Source of the DNA: Candidatus Sumerlaeaceae bacterium
Lineage (GTDB): Bacteria; Sumerlaeota; Sumerlaeia; Sumerlaeales; Sumerlaeaceae
Assembly (NCBI GenBank): GCA_049968255.1
Contig: JBMFRB010000008.1
Span: forward strand, 60,279 to 124,278
Reading direction: 5' to 3'
DNA: 64,000 nucleotides
Part shown: in pieces, positions 29,503-39,953 of the stretch
Layout: the number at the start of each line of letters is the position of its first letter
How positions within the stretch are numbered: position 1 is the stretch's first letter
Made by a program: the position numbers and the translations under genes
Notes under the pieces: model-generated
Database searches by the model: none
Told to the model about the DNA's origin: nothing
The model's input: only the letters and a program-made list of their open reading frames with translations

Positions 29503-30244
29503 GGATAACCTCCTCTGCGAGCGCAATGTAATTCTGTGCGCCTGTGGAACGAAAGTCGTAGAAAATGATAGGCTTACCGTGGCTGGGAGCCTCGGCAAGG
29601 CGCACGGATCGGGCGATAGGAGTGCGAAAAACTTTTTGTCCGAAGTGCGAGCGAACCTCGGCCATCACGGCTTGGGCGATATTCAGGCGCCCATCGAACA
29701 TAGTCATAACGATCCCGAGGATAGCGAGAGAGGGGTTGATCGAGCCGCGGACGCGCTCGATGGTATCGACGAGAAGCGAGAGCCCTTCGAGAGCGTAGTA
29801 TTCGCATTGAACAGGGATAATGATGGACTGCGAAGCGGCAAGGACGTTCAGGGTGAGGATGCCCAGCGAAGGCGGGGCGTCGATAAGGATATAGTCGTAC
29901 TGACGAATCAAAGGGGCCAAGACGTCGCGAAGGCGGTACTCGCGGTGCGCGAGGTCAAGCAGCTCAATTTCAGCGCCGTAGAGATTGGGATCAGAGGGAA
30001 GGACGGCGAGGTGTTCTACGAAGGTCGATCGGACGACCTCGGCCACGGAGGCAGAACCTACGAGGGCGTCGTAAATGGACGGAGTTTCCTTCGCGAGGCC
30101 AACGGCTGACGTGGCGTTGCCTTGGGGATCGGCGTCCACCAGGAGCACGCGGCGATGAGCCGCGGCCAGGCAGGCCGCTAAATTCACTGCCGTCGTGGTT
30201 TTCCCGACACCTCCCTTTTGATTGACAAATCCTATGATTGGCAC
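29474..30244 (-). CDS. parA: Chromosome partitioning ATPase ParA/Soj
   Basis: NQKGGVGKTTT, DADPQGNAT, IDAPPSLG, PVQCEYYALEG, LAEAPSHG. Confidence 0.96.
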   Translation of the reverse strand: MPIIGFVNQKGGVGKTTTAVNLAACLAAAHRRVLLVDADPQGNATSAVGLAKETPSIYDALVGSASVAEVVRSTFVEHLAVLPSDPNLYGAEIELLDLAHREYRLRDVLAPLIRQYDYILIDAPPSLGILTLNVLAASQSIIIPVQCEYYALEGLSLLVDTIERVRGSINPSLAILGIVMTMFDGRLNIAQAVMAEVRSHFGQKVFRTPIARSVRLAEAPSHGKPIIFYDFRSTGAQNYIALAEEVIHAIEKTRTR

Positions 30245-30342
30245 GGCGCAAATTCCTTTGATAACGGAGAGCCTTGAAAAGAGTCACAAAAGCTTGGGCT
30301 AATGACGCTCGAGAGTTTGGGCAAGGGAAAAAGATGCAAAAA

Positions 30343-30358
30343 AGTTTCACGTGAAACA
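30343..30358. promoter_or_regulatory. parS site 1
   Basis: AGTTTCACGTGAAACA, 15/16 match to the consensus TGTTTCACGTGAAACA, upstream of parA. Confidence 0.9.
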
Positions 30359-30383
30359 GACCGAGGTATTTCGGTTACTCTCC

Positions 30384-30399
30384 TGTTTCACGTGAAACA
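30384..30399. promoter_or_regulatory. parS site 2
   Basis: Perfect palindrome TGTTTCACGTGAAACA. Confidence 0.95.
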
Positions 30400-30424
30400 T
30401 CGCAAATCATCAATCCGCGTCACC

Positions 30425-30691
30425 TTACTCACTGCCGGAGCCATTGGCTTTGGTCTCAGAGTTCGACGGCGATTCACCGGATTTCTTCGCCGATGATCCG
30501 TTGCCACCGTTGCGCTTGTAGTCCGTAATGTAAAAACCAGAACCCTTGAAAATCAGGCCGCTTCCTGCACTCACAAGACGAGCAAGACGTCCCCCACATT
30601 TCTCGCAAATCGTCTTCGGCTCTTCTGAAATCCTCTGAAAGAATTCGCACTCTTGGCCGCAGCTCTCGCACACATACTCGTATGTCGGCAT
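30425..30691 (-). CDS. FmdB-family zinc ribbon protein
   Basis: MPTYEYVCESCG...CEKCGG...FKGSGFYITDY; AGGAGG upstream. Confidence 0.92.
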   Translation of the reverse strand: MPTYEYVCESCGQECEFFQRISEEPKTICEKCGGRLARLVSAGSGLIFKGSGFYITDYKRNGGNGSSAKKSGESPSNSETKANGSGSE

Positions 30692-30807
30692 TGCTAACCT
30701 CCTTTGTCGCGAACACCTGATTACACACTTGCATAATATTTTTACACTTTCCTATTCATTGCCTATTCGAGCTAAGACAACTTTGAGCCCTTCTGCGAGG
30801 TAGCCGG

Positions 30808-32286
30808 GTGAGTCGTCTTATGGTGATTGGAACCGGACCGCTTTTTGGCCCGGATGTGACCTTTTTCAGCGGCCAGGCGCATCGAACCTGGCATATCGCC
30901 CAGGTTCTCGTACGCCACGGTCATGAGGTGGATCTCGTCGTTCTGCAAGTCGAAGGCGATGCAAAAAAGGATCCTGCATTGCCACCGCTCTTGTCCGCAC
31001 ACCGGGAAGACTTCACCTACCACACAGTCAACGCGGCGGAACCCACTGAAATCTTGGGGATTCTCTCGGAACGCCTTCGCCGAACACAACCCGACGCCAT
31101 TGTTGGCGTCAACGTCAACGCAGCTTACTTGACCTGCCAGTTGCCCACGTGGGTCCCCATTTGGGCCGATCTCTACGGACACCTCATGGGTGAGGCCCAA
31201 GCAAAGTGTCTCCGCGATCGAAGCGATCGACTCCTCTCGCACTTTTGGCAAAGGCAACGTATGATCCTGCGACGCGCGGATCGCTTTTCCACCGCCTCAT
31301 TACGCCAGAAGCTCGCCACCCTCGGCGAACTAGGCGCTGTCGGGCGACTCAATCAATTCACGGCAAGCTATCCCTTTGTCAGTGTCATCCCCAGCGCGGC
31401 AAGCGAAGAATATCTCGCCCTGTCCGATTCCGGCTACGTTTATGAATTCCGGGGCACGGAGTTTCCGCGAGATGCTTTCGCCGTGCTCTGGAGCGGCGGC
31501 TTCAATACCTGGACAGATCCAGTGGGGCTCGCAGCAGCACTCTCGCTGGCCATGGAGCAGCTTTCGCGTCTGCACCTTGTCGTCACCGGCGGGGCCATCC
31601 GCGGCCACGATGAAAAAACATTTGCCGAATTTCAACAATACATGGAGGAAGCAGGTTTTGCCGACCGCTGCCACTATCTTGGCTGGATCGAAGGCCGGCG
31701 CCTGCTCTCTCTTTACCGCGATGTTGACCTAGGGCTCAACTACGATGCAAAAATCTACGAATCGCTTTTCGGGGCGCGCACACGACTCACGAATATGATG
31801 GCGGCAGGATTACCCATCCTCACAACCGTCTGCACAGAAATCACCGAAATTATTGAAACAGAAAAACTTGGCTATGCCGTGCCGGTTGGCGACATCCAAG
31901 GTTATGCGGACGCAGTTTTGCGTGCCTACCACGACCCGACCGAACGCGCGACCTATGCCCGCCGAGCGCGTCGTTACGTCAAACGTTATTTCTCCTACGA
32001 AGCGACAGCCGCAGATCTGCTCGAATGGGCGCAACAGCCGCAACTAGCGCCAGACAATGCCCAGAAGAGACATCGATTCCCTGAGCAGAGTGGTCCTCGA
32101 ATGGTGGCCCTCAATCCCCTCGAAGAAGAGGCCATGTGGGCCGAGTTCCAAGACATTCGAGAGCTCGCTCACTTGGCCCATTGTTATCAAAACTTGCAAA
32201 AGAAGTTGGGCTATCGTGCCTGGAAGACTTTCCAGCGGTTCCTGGGTCTCGAAAAAAGCACAAGTCATAAAATAAAAGACAAGTAA
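30808..32286 (+). CDS. GT-B glycosyltransferase (GT4-like)
   Basis: VLWSGG..WTD, YLGWI, MAAGLPILTT, GYAVPVGD. Confidence 0.75.
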   Translation: MSRLMVIGTGPLFGPDVTFFSGQAHRTWHIAQVLVRHGHEVDLVVLQVEGDAKKDPALPPLLSAHREDFTYHTVNAAEPTEILGILSERLRRTQPDAIVGVNVNAAYLTCQLPTWVPIWADLYGHLMGEAQAKCLRDRSDRLLSHFWQRQRMILRRADRFSTASLRQKLATLGELGAVGRLNQFTASYPFVSVIPSAASEEYLALSDSGYVYEFRGTEFPRDAFAVLWSGGFNTWTDPVGLAAALSLAMEQLSRLHLVVTGGAIRGHDEKTFAEFQQYMEEAGFADRCHYLGWIEGRRLLSLYRDVDLGLNYDAKIYESLFGARTRLTNMMAAGLPILTTVCTEITEIIETEKLGYAVPVGDIQGYADAVLRAYHDPTERATYARRARRYVKRYFSYEATAADLLEWAQQPQLAPDNAQKRHRFPEQSGPRMVALNPLEEEAMWAEFQDIRELAHLAHCYQNLQKKLGYRAWKTFQRFLGLEKSTSHKIKDK

Positions 32287-32352
32287 TATTACCTGTCAAC
32301 CGTATCACGCCAGGGCTTTCGAGGTTGAGAACTACGAAGTTAGCTGCCTGGT

Positions 32353-33300
32353 CTAGGGAATGGAAATCCGAAACCGCTTCGCCTCGAGCTCGCCCAGCCG
32401 GCTATCAGCCTCAACGGTCTGCTGAACAAGCACTCCCGCCATTGTCAGGGGACCCGTACTCGTCCTGCTGTTTCGTTTGATTTCAAACGTCACCAGTGCT
32501 TTGTCTGTGAATAAGCTGAGTGATTCGTTACCCACTCGCACCACTTTTTTTGGACCTGTGATCTCGGGCACTGTCGCAGTGACCCCTTTTGGCGGAAGTG
32601 GGAAAAATGCTAAGCCGCGTCCCTGCTCGGAATCTTCAGCGAGGATTTTCTGATTGGCACCCGGCGGAAGCACCTCCAGTCGAACCTTGACACGATCTCC
32701 CATTACGGTTGATTCAACCCTCAGGTTTTTCGGTTGGCCTTCTTTCGGCACACGGCGCCTAAACTTGTCGATCATATCCTTATCCGGCGAAGGGGACGCA
32801 GGGCCAACCGGAATGGTAAGCTCAAATGTTTGACGGCCGTCGCGGCATTCCTCGGCCTGGCACATGAGCCAACGGCCTTTGGCTCGCAACGTCACTTGGC
32901 GGGCGTCGGGTTTGAGCGCCACACGCGGAACGTGGGCGAGCAGAACTGTCTCCTTTTCGTAACCATAGGAAACGACGTTCCCAGCCCCAATAAACTTTAT
33001 CGGAACAGGATACAGAGTTTCCGGAGATGTGGTGGAAACATCGGCGAGATCCCACTCGATCTTCGTGGCAAATCCTGAATCCCCAGGATTTTCCCAGTAG
33101 ATGTGCCACCCCGGCTGCAGCTGGATGTGGATGCCAACCCACAGCTCCTCTCCGGCTGCGACGGCCGATTTGTCCACAATCATCCGGGCGTTGAGAGGCG
33201 ATTCTTGGGCCGAGGCCCCTCCAAACAAAGCCAAAGTCGCAAGCGCGACAAGCAACCAGGGAATGGTTTTCTTCAAGTTAGGCTGGTAACGATCGTGCAT
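32353..33300 (-). CDS. Exported DsbD N-terminal-like (protein-disulfide reductase) domain protein
   Basis: Signal peptide; PGWHIYWENPGDSG, WLMCQAEEC. Confidence 0.85.
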   Translation of the reverse strand: MHDRYQPNLKKTIPWLLVALATLALFGGASAQESPLNARMIVDKSAVAAGEELWVGIHIQLQPGWHIYWENPGDSGFATKIEWDLADVSTTSPETLYPVPIKFIGAGNVVSYGYEKETVLLAHVPRVALKPDARQVTLRAKGRWLMCQAEECRDGRQTFELTIPVGPASPSPDKDMIDKFRRRVPKEGQPKNLRVESTVMGDRVKVRLEVLPPGANQKILAEDSEQGRGLAFFPLPPKGVTATVPEITGPKKVVRVGNESLSLFTDKALVTFEIKRNSRTSTGPLTMAGVLVQQTVEADSRLGELEAKRFRISIP

Positions 33301-33420
33301 CACGCCACATAACCTCACAGTCAAGTTCTTGCCGCTACGGCGCTACCAAATGGCAGCTTCGCAACGGAGTAAGCCATGGGTCACTATGTACATTCTTGGA
33401 CTTCGCTTGCGCAGAAAAGT

Positions 33421-34668
33421 TCACGTGTTGCTTGAGTTTTCCGTGCGCACCGGTCTAATTTCGATAATAGTGGGTGCATCGAGGTATTGCCGGGCAACTT
33501 CGCGCACATCTTCTGCGCAAACCGCTTTCAGGCGCAGCGGATACTCGTGGTCCATCTGCCAGCCGAGACCATTCATTTCGTACGAGCCGAGGTAGAACGC
33601 GCGTGCCGAGTTCTTCTGGTGAGAAATGAGATATTTTCCCACCAGGTAGTTTCTCGTTCGCTCAATTTCATCGTCAGGCACAAGCTCCTGACAAACCTCC
33701 GAGAGCAGTTGAAGCATAAGTTCCCGAGCCTCATCGAGAGACTCGGGTTTCGTTCCAATCGTACCAGCAAGATATCCCCCGCAGCGAAAGGCAGCGAGGT
33801 GACAGCTGGTTGCATAGGCAAGCCCCCTCTCATCGCGCAATCGAACAAAGAAACGGCTCGACATTCCGTCGCCGAGCACCCCGGCTAACATGCGCAACGG
33901 AAAGAAATCACGATGGGTAACGGGGCAAGCAGGGAAACCTAGCACAAGATAGGATTGCTCCCACTCCCGACGAATAACACGCAGCTCGCCTTTATGATAC
34001 GAAGGCGATGGGCAGACAAGGCGGGGCTCTCCCGTTGCTTTCGAAGCGGATCTCTCCAGGATTTTCGCTAATGAGGAAGGCTCGAAATTGCCAACGCATA
34101 CCACCAAAGCCTGATTCCAACCCACGACGCGATTGTAAAGCTCTATTACTTGCTCAATCTTGAATTCGGGCACGGTTTCCAGAGTCCCAGGAACCGGAAT
34201 GCCATAAGTGGAGCCGCCGAATAACGTTTCCGCAAAGGCCCTCATCGCAAAGGTTGCTTTATCGTCGAGTTCCTCGCGGATGGCAGCCAAAGTTGATTGG
34301 CGTTCTTTTTCTATTTCGTTTGGATCGAATCGCGGGCTCTCGATTGCTTCGAAAAAAAGTTCGAGAGTCGGCTCCAAGCAGTCACTCGTGCACACCAGAC
34401 TGGCTGTGGAAAAATCGCGATAAGCCTGAAACGAAAGGGATGAGCCAAGAGATTCCACGGCTTCCGCGTATTCCGCTTGCGAGCGTTTTTGCGTGCCTCG
34501 CAGGAGACAGCGCCACATAAAATCCGTAATCCCCGCTTGCGCGGGCTGCTCGAACACCGATCCATAAGGAAAAAACGCCGACAGTGCGACGATGTTATTT
34601 GTGTCGCACGGGGCAAACAAGCAGCGTGTTCCATTCGCAAGAATTTGCTCTGTACAAGTTTCCCGCAT
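33421..34668 (-). CDS. M16 zinc peptidase, non-catalytic subunit
   Basis: M16 fold (LANG, LLRGT, SSRFFVRLRDERGLAY) without HxxEH. Confidence 0.88.
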   Translation of the reverse strand: MRETCTEQILANGTRCLFAPCDTNNIVALSAFFPYGSVFEQPAQAGITDFMWRCLLRGTQKRSQAEYAEAVESLGSSLSFQAYRDFSTASLVCTSDCLEPTLELFFEAIESPRFDPNEIEKERQSTLAAIREELDDKATFAMRAFAETLFGGSTYGIPVPGTLETVPEFKIEQVIELYNRVVGWNQALVVCVGNFEPSSLAKILERSASKATGEPRLVCPSPSYHKGELRVIRREWEQSYLVLGFPACPVTHRDFFPLRMLAGVLGDGMSSRFFVRLRDERGLAYATSCHLAAFRCGGYLAGTIGTKPESLDEARELMLQLLSEVCQELVPDDEIERTRNYLVGKYLISHQKNSARAFYLGSYEMNGLGWQMDHEYPLRLKAVCAEDVREVARQYLDAPTIIEIRPVRTENSSNT

Positions 34669-34670
34669 CT

Positions 34671-35954
34671 TTATCCCTGCCCTTCTTCTCTACGCGAGTC
34701 GATGGATTTGGGGACAGCTGCAAGGACGACCGGATCGTGCTCCTGCAGGTATTTCTCTGCAACACAGAGAAGGTCTTGGATATTTGTAGATTCCACCAGC
34801 CCCAGGTAACGATGATAAAGCTGATCAGACCCGGTGAGTGTCATGTAATAACCCATGACACCGCTTTGCCCGCTAGTGGTCTCTGTAGCGTAGTAAAAAT
34901 CATTGCGGAGAATCCTCTTGGCCTTGGCAAGTTCGGCCTCCGAGGGAGTCATCTGTGGCAAACTTTGCACGATGAGGACAAATTCTTCGAGAGCTGCGTC
35001 CAGAACCTTGGCATCAAGCACCGCGTATCCGTAAGTCATCCCTGGCGCCTTGTGTGTTGAGAAGGTCATGCCCACATCTTCCACGAGGCCGAGATCTTCG
35101 CGGAGCCGCTGCATGAGGCGGCAGCTGCGCCCACTGCCAAGGATTGTTGTCAGAAGGTCGAGCGCCACGATCTCGCGCTCAGCTTCAATGCCAGGCCCAG
35201 GAAAAGACAGCGCGAGATAGGTCTCGTGGACGTCGCGGGGCACAACCAAACGGGTCCCCCGGTTGAAGGCCACCTCGCTTTGCGCAACCGGCCAAGGATT
35301 GTTAGTGGGTGCCATGTCGGAAAAGAAGCGCATGACTTCGGCAACCGCATTTTCGGGGTCAACGTCTCCCACGACAAGGATGGTTGTGGCGTCGGCCGTG
35401 TAAGTGCGACGGTAATAATCGACCATCTGTTCGCGAGTCAGGCCCGAGATCGTCTCAAACGTCCCGATCACTGGTCGGCGGTAAGGTCCCTTTTCATACG
35501 TGAGCCGATAAAGCTCATCGAAAAGCCATCCCCATGGATCATCCTGCTTGCGGCGGTATTCCTCGAGGATAACTTGGCGCTCCTTTTCGAACTCGCCCGG
35601 ATCAATGCTGGCATGTTGGATCATGTCTGCAATCGCATCGAGGGCATCGTGAAAGTAGGGCGCGGCCACAGTCACGTAATAGTGGGTAAAATCCATCGAC
35701 GTGCCGGCGTTCCAGACGCCGCCTAACTCCATGATATGGCGGTCGAGCTCGCCCACGCCAAAACGCGGAGTGCCCTTGAAGAGCATATGCTCGAGGAAGT
35801 GCGAGATGCCGTTTGTGGAGTCATCCTCGCGGGCTGAGCCTGTCGCAATCCACGTGTCAATGGTCACGACTTGGTTTGGCATGTGGCGGGCAGCAATGGT
35901 CAGACCCGTCGATGCTTTCTCAACAATCCATCCTTGGCCAGTCGAAATCATCAT
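34671..35954 (-). CDS. M16 zinc peptidase, catalytic subunit
   Basis: GISHFLEHMLFKGT, NAGTSMDFTHYY, ERQVILEE. Confidence 0.93.
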   Translation of the reverse strand: MMISTGQGWIVEKASTGLTIAARHMPNQVVTIDTWIATGSAREDDSTNGISHFLEHMLFKGTPRFGVGELDRHIMELGGVWNAGTSMDFTHYYVTVAAPYFHDALDAIADMIQHASIDPGEFEKERQVILEEYRRKQDDPWGWLFDELYRLTYEKGPYRRPVIGTFETISGLTREQMVDYYRRTYTADATTILVVGDVDPENAVAEVMRFFSDMAPTNNPWPVAQSEVAFNRGTRLVVPRDVHETYLALSFPGPGIEAEREIVALDLLTTILGSGRSCRLMQRLREDLGLVEDVGMTFSTHKAPGMTYGYAVLDAKVLDAALEEFVLIVQSLPQMTPSEAELAKAKRILRNDFYYATETTSGQSGVMGYYMTLTGSDQLYHRYLGLVESTNIQDLLCVAEKYLQEHDPVVLAAVPKSIDSRREEGQG

Positions 35955-36244
35955 CGGCTTCTAAGTACCCGGTTGCCGCCAAAAATTCGCTGCCCAAAGA
36001 GTTGGGCAAGAGCTGCGGGAGCATCTTCCCAATAGATGTTGAAAAAGTTGCGAATGCCTATTTAATGTGCGGGTAGGCAAAAGTGATTTTGCGCAGAAGC
36101 ATGCAGGGTGATTAACTAACTAACAAAATAACACAAGTCGCTCCAGCGGAACAGTGCTGGCGTCTCCGGACTTATCTGCGCGCCACAAAAGACGCGTACA
36201 CGTCGGGACCCACCACAATCCGCGGAGACGGGGAGCTAGGTACT

Positions 36245-37555
36245 ATGCCAGCCAAGAAAAAGACAGCGGCCGAGGAAAACGAGAAAGAAACCAAGGCCGC
36301 CGGTACAAAGAAAACCGCTACCACTGCTCGTGCCAGCAAGAGCGCGACGGCATCACAGGCTGCGAGCAAAGCGGCCACTGCCGGCTCGGCAAAAGCCTCG
36401 ACGGCGAAGAAAGCAAAGGCAACAGAGGCGGAGCCGAAGACGACGGCAAAAAAAACAAGCTCAGCTGCGAGATCCCGCGCAACAAAGGAGTCTTTGAGCA
36501 AGCCGGCTGACCAGCCCGAGAAAATCAAAACGGCGGCGAGCAAGGCGGCCGCAAAGACCACCAAGGCAGCGGCCGCGAAGCGCACAACCACGCGGACAAG
36601 AAAAACCGCTGAGCAATCGCCGGTCGCAGGGACCGAGACGCAGCCCGTGATTGAAGAGGCAGCGATTGCTAGCTCATCGCCCACAGACGTGCGCGAGCAT
36701 TTCGTGGCCACCCTCCACGCCGTGCCGCCGCAAGCGCCGCAGCGCGATCTTCCCCCGGAGTATGGCGACACGAAAATTGTACTTCTCGTGCGCGACCCCG
36801 AATGGGTGTTTGCCTATTGGGAACTCAACGACGAGACGCGTGCTCAGTACTCGATCCCCCGCACGGGCCAAGCAAGGCGCCTTGTACTTCGTGTTTACAA
36901 TATCACCGGTCGTGATTGGCCGCGCGAAAACGCCCAATACTTCTTCGATATCGACGTCGGGCCGTATGCCAACAATTGGTACATTCGTGTGCCCGAATCA
37001 GATGCCCAGTGGGTTGCCGAGCTCGGCGTGTTCGATGAGCAGGGCGAATACGTGCCCATCGTCGCCTCCAACGTGGTGCACACACCACGCGACGGCATGA
37101 GCCCAGAAACCGACGAGCAATGGATGGTCATCGAAGAAACATTCCGCAAGCTCTTTGAATCGAGCGGCGGTACGCGAATTCGCGACGGCTGGCGTGGCAG
37201 TGAAGAGCTGTGGCGCCATTTGCAGAAGCAGGTGCTGCCATCGTTGGCGGGAGCCGCCCAGCTTGGCGGCAGCGGCGCGCTCATGGGAAGTGGCGGCGTG
37301 GCAGCCGCGAAACCGGCAGGCGCGCCTGGCGCTTTCTGGCTGCAGGCAGAGACGGAACTCATCCTCTATGGGGCCACTGAGCCGACGGCGAAGGTCACCG
37401 TCAACGACGAGCCAGTGCAGTTGCGTGCCGACGGCACCTTTACGCTGCGCTTTGCTCTACCCGATGGCACGCGCAAGCTGGTCGTGCGGGCTGTGAGCGC
37501 CGACGCCCAGCACGAGCGGATCATCACGAAGGAAGTTCGGAAGTTGACAAAGTAG
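36245..37555 (+). CDS. DUF4912 protein with Lys/Ala/Thr-rich N-terminal extension
   Basis: LPPEYGDTKIVLLVRDPEWVFAYWE, NWYI, C-terminal FWLQAETELILYGATEP..DGTF. Confidence 0.85.
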   Translation: MPAKKKTAAEENEKETKAAGTKKTATTARASKSATASQAASKAATAGSAKASTAKKAKATEAEPKTTAKKTSSAARSRATKESLSKPADQPEKIKTAASKAAAKTTKAAAAKRTTTRTRKTAEQSPVAGTETQPVIEEAAIASSSPTDVREHFVATLHAVPPQAPQRDLPPEYGDTKIVLLVRDPEWVFAYWELNDETRAQYSIPRTGQARRLVLRVYNITGRDWPRENAQYFFDIDVGPYANNWYIRVPESDAQWVAELGVFDEQGEYVPIVASNVVHTPRDGMSPETDEQWMVIEETFRKLFESSGGTRIRDGWRGSEELWRHLQKQVLPSLAGAAQLGGSGALMGSGGVAAAKPAGAPGAFWLQAETELILYGATEPTAKVTVNDEPVQLRADGTFTLRFALPDGTRKLVVRAVSADAQHERIITKEVRKLTK

Positions 37556-37626
37556 ACCTTAGCGACATAAAAATCCAACCTTATCCAAAAAATCTCCTAG
37601 AGCGAATTGTCACGGGGGGCCAAACC

Positions 37627-38100
37627 ATGACAGTCGAAGAAGGGCAGATTGCCCCTGATTTTACGTTGCAGGCATCTAATGGCAAGCCGTTCACGCTGAG
37701 CGAAGAGCGCGGCAAGTGGGTCGTGCTCTACTTCTATCCCAAGGACGACACGCCGGGCTGTACGCGCGAAGCTTGTAGTTTTCGCGATCACATCAAGCAA
37801 ATCCAGTCGCTCGGGGCCACTGTCGTCGGCGTCAGCCCCGACGACTTGCGCTCGCACGATCGTTTCGCCATGAAGTACCACCTGCCATTTCTCTTGCTAA
37901 GCGATCCCGAGCACGAAGTGGCCCAGCTCTATGACGTATGGCGAGAAAAGAACATGTACGGGCGCAAAATCTTTGGCATTCAACGCTCGACGTTCCTAAT
38001 AGCCCCCGATGGCCGCGTCCATAAGGCCTGGCGCAAAGTCAAGGTTGACCACCACGTGGACGAGGTCCTCGACGAGCTGAAACTGGTGGCGATAAACTAA
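37627..38100 (+). CDS. bcp: Thioredoxin-dependent peroxiredoxin Bcp
   Basis: VLYFYPKDDTPGCTREACSFRD, RSTFLI. Confidence 0.95.
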   Translation: MTVEEGQIAPDFTLQASNGKPFTLSEERGKWVVLYFYPKDDTPGCTREACSFRDHIKQIQSLGATVVGVSPDDLRSHDRFAMKYHLPFLLLSDPEHEVAQLYDVWREKNMYGRKIFGIQRSTFLIAPDGRVHKAWRKVKVDHHVDEVLDELKLVAIN

Positions 38101-38378
38101 CCATTGGCCACCCTCCGTGAGGGCCAACTTTTGGGGTGCCATTGGCTTAGCTTCGGTCGCGCCCCCATTGACTTTCATAAGAAGCTCGATGCAGCGCTCC
38201 ACTCGGTGAACGAGGTGGGCGGACATTTTCGTGCTCCGCCGTGGGTTTTCCTCATCTTATCTGCTCCCTTCCCCGTTGAGCAGAGGCGGCCAAGGCGCCG
38301 TGCGATCGGTTGTGCTTGAAATCGGAAGCTCGCGGGCCACAGCCTTAGCTGAGGAAATTACTTTGGAGGGAAGCCGCC

Positions 38379-39953
38379 ATGGAAAAGGTTGTGATTTTGT
38401 TTCCGGTGCAAAACGCCGGACCTCTTGCGCGCAAAACGCTCGAAGCCCTCAAGGGGCAAACCCTGAAGGAGTGGAAGTGCTATCTGTTGGACCAAGGCCA
38501 GCAAGGCGAGGCCGTGCGCATGCTGCTGGCTGAGCTCGCCGATGAGCGCTTTACCCAAGGGCCAGAGGGACTTATCACTTTAGCCAAAATGATGAATTGG
38601 GCTCTTGGCAACACCGAAGCCCAGTACATTCTTCCGTTACCCGAGGGCGTGATTCTCGAATCGCATGCGCTCGAACGCTTTGTGAACTTCCTCGACACGA
38701 ATCCTCAGGCCGCGGTCGCCTACTCGTGCTATGCACAGAGCAAAGCGGACGCAACGAAGGAGAAAGTGCAGCTCTATCCTCATGAAGGCTGCATCCACGA
38801 GCGATTCGATTTCGGCTATCTCAAGTTATATCGCGCGGCTTATTTGCATAAGATTGGCGGATTCCGCGAAGATTTGGTGCACGCGGCCGAATACGACGTC
38901 GACCTAAAGCTCGGCGATGATTACACCCTGGAACTGCTGGACGAAGTGCTCTACACCGTCGGGACACCCGAACAGCAGGAATCAGCTCCGGGTGCGCTGC
39001 ACTCGCCGGGCAAGGGCAAGTATGGAGGCTTTTCGTACGTCTTCTATCCGCCCGATGTGGAGAAAGAGGTGACCACAGTGTTTGAGGACATGCTCAAGCG
39101 CCGCGGCGCCTATATAGATCACGAGACCGTGCCGGTTCCTTATCCGAAGGAGCCATACCCTGTTATGGCCAGCGTTGTCATTCCCGTCCTCAATCGCGCG
39201 AAATACATTGGCAACGCTATCGAGCGCGTACTCGAGCAAACGTTCCAAGACTTTGAGGTCATCGTTGTCGACAACGGTTCGACGGATGGCACGGTGGAAA
39301 TCGTTCAGGAGTATGCGAAAAAGGATCCACGTGTGCGCCTGATTCGCGGCACGGGCAACTGCATTGCCTCTGCGCTCAACGATGGAATTCGCGCGGCGCG
39401 TGGCAAATACATCTGCCAGCTTGATTCCGACGATGAGTATGTGCCGACGACGCTCGAGAAGATGATTGCCCACCTGGAATCGCACCCGAAGTGCGGCCTC
39501 GCGATCTCCTACTACGAACTCATGGACGAAAACCGCAACACAATCAAAGACGTGCCGCCGGTCACGCACAAAGGCTACACAAGGAACCAAATCCTTCGGC
39601 GCGATGGAGCGGGGGCGCTGCGCGTGTTCCCAAAAGTCGTTCTCGAAGAGATGGGTCTCTACGACGAGAAAAACTATGGCAACTTCGGCGAAGACTACGA
39701 CATGGTGCTGAAGGTCGGCGAAAAATACGACGTGGACCGCGTCCATGAAGTGCTCTATCGCTACCGCCGACATTCTGATAACACCGACGTCACCCGCGAT
39801 CCCCTGATGAAGGTGCGCAACAAGAACAACGCCAGGCTGGCGGCAGTGCGTCGGCGACAGGAAATCAATCGCAAACTCGGCAAACTTCCTCCGCACATTG
39901 CAGAAAAACTCGACCGCGAAAAAGCCAAAGAGGCCCCAGCGGCGCACACGTAA
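38379..39953 (+). CDS. Tandem-domain GT2 glycosyltransferase
   Basis: C-terminal GT-A domain: SVVIPVLNR, VVDNGSTDGT, QLDSDD, GEDYD. N-terminal GT-A-like domain is degenerate. Confidence 0.88.
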   Translation: MEKVVILFPVQNAGPLARKTLEALKGQTLKEWKCYLLDQGQQGEAVRMLLAELADERFTQGPEGLITLAKMMNWALGNTEAQYILPLPEGVILESHALERFVNFLDTNPQAAVAYSCYAQSKADATKEKVQLYPHEGCIHERFDFGYLKLYRAAYLHKIGGFREDLVHAAEYDVDLKLGDDYTLELLDEVLYTVGTPEQQESAPGALHSPGKGKYGGFSYVFYPPDVEKEVTTVFEDMLKRRGAYIDHETVPVPYPKEPYPVMASVVIPVLNRAKYIGNAIERVLEQTFQDFEVIVVDNGSTDGTVEIVQEYAKKDPRVRLIRGTGNCIASALNDGIRAARGKYICQLDSDDEYVPTTLEKMIAHLESHPKCGLAISYYELMDENRNTIKDVPPVTHKGYTRNQILRRDGAGALRVFPKVVLEEMGLYDEKNYGNFGEDYDMVLKVGEKYDVDRVHEVLYRYRRHSDNTDVTRDPLMKVRNKNNARLAAVRRRQEINRKLGKLPPHIAEKLDREKAKEAPAAHT

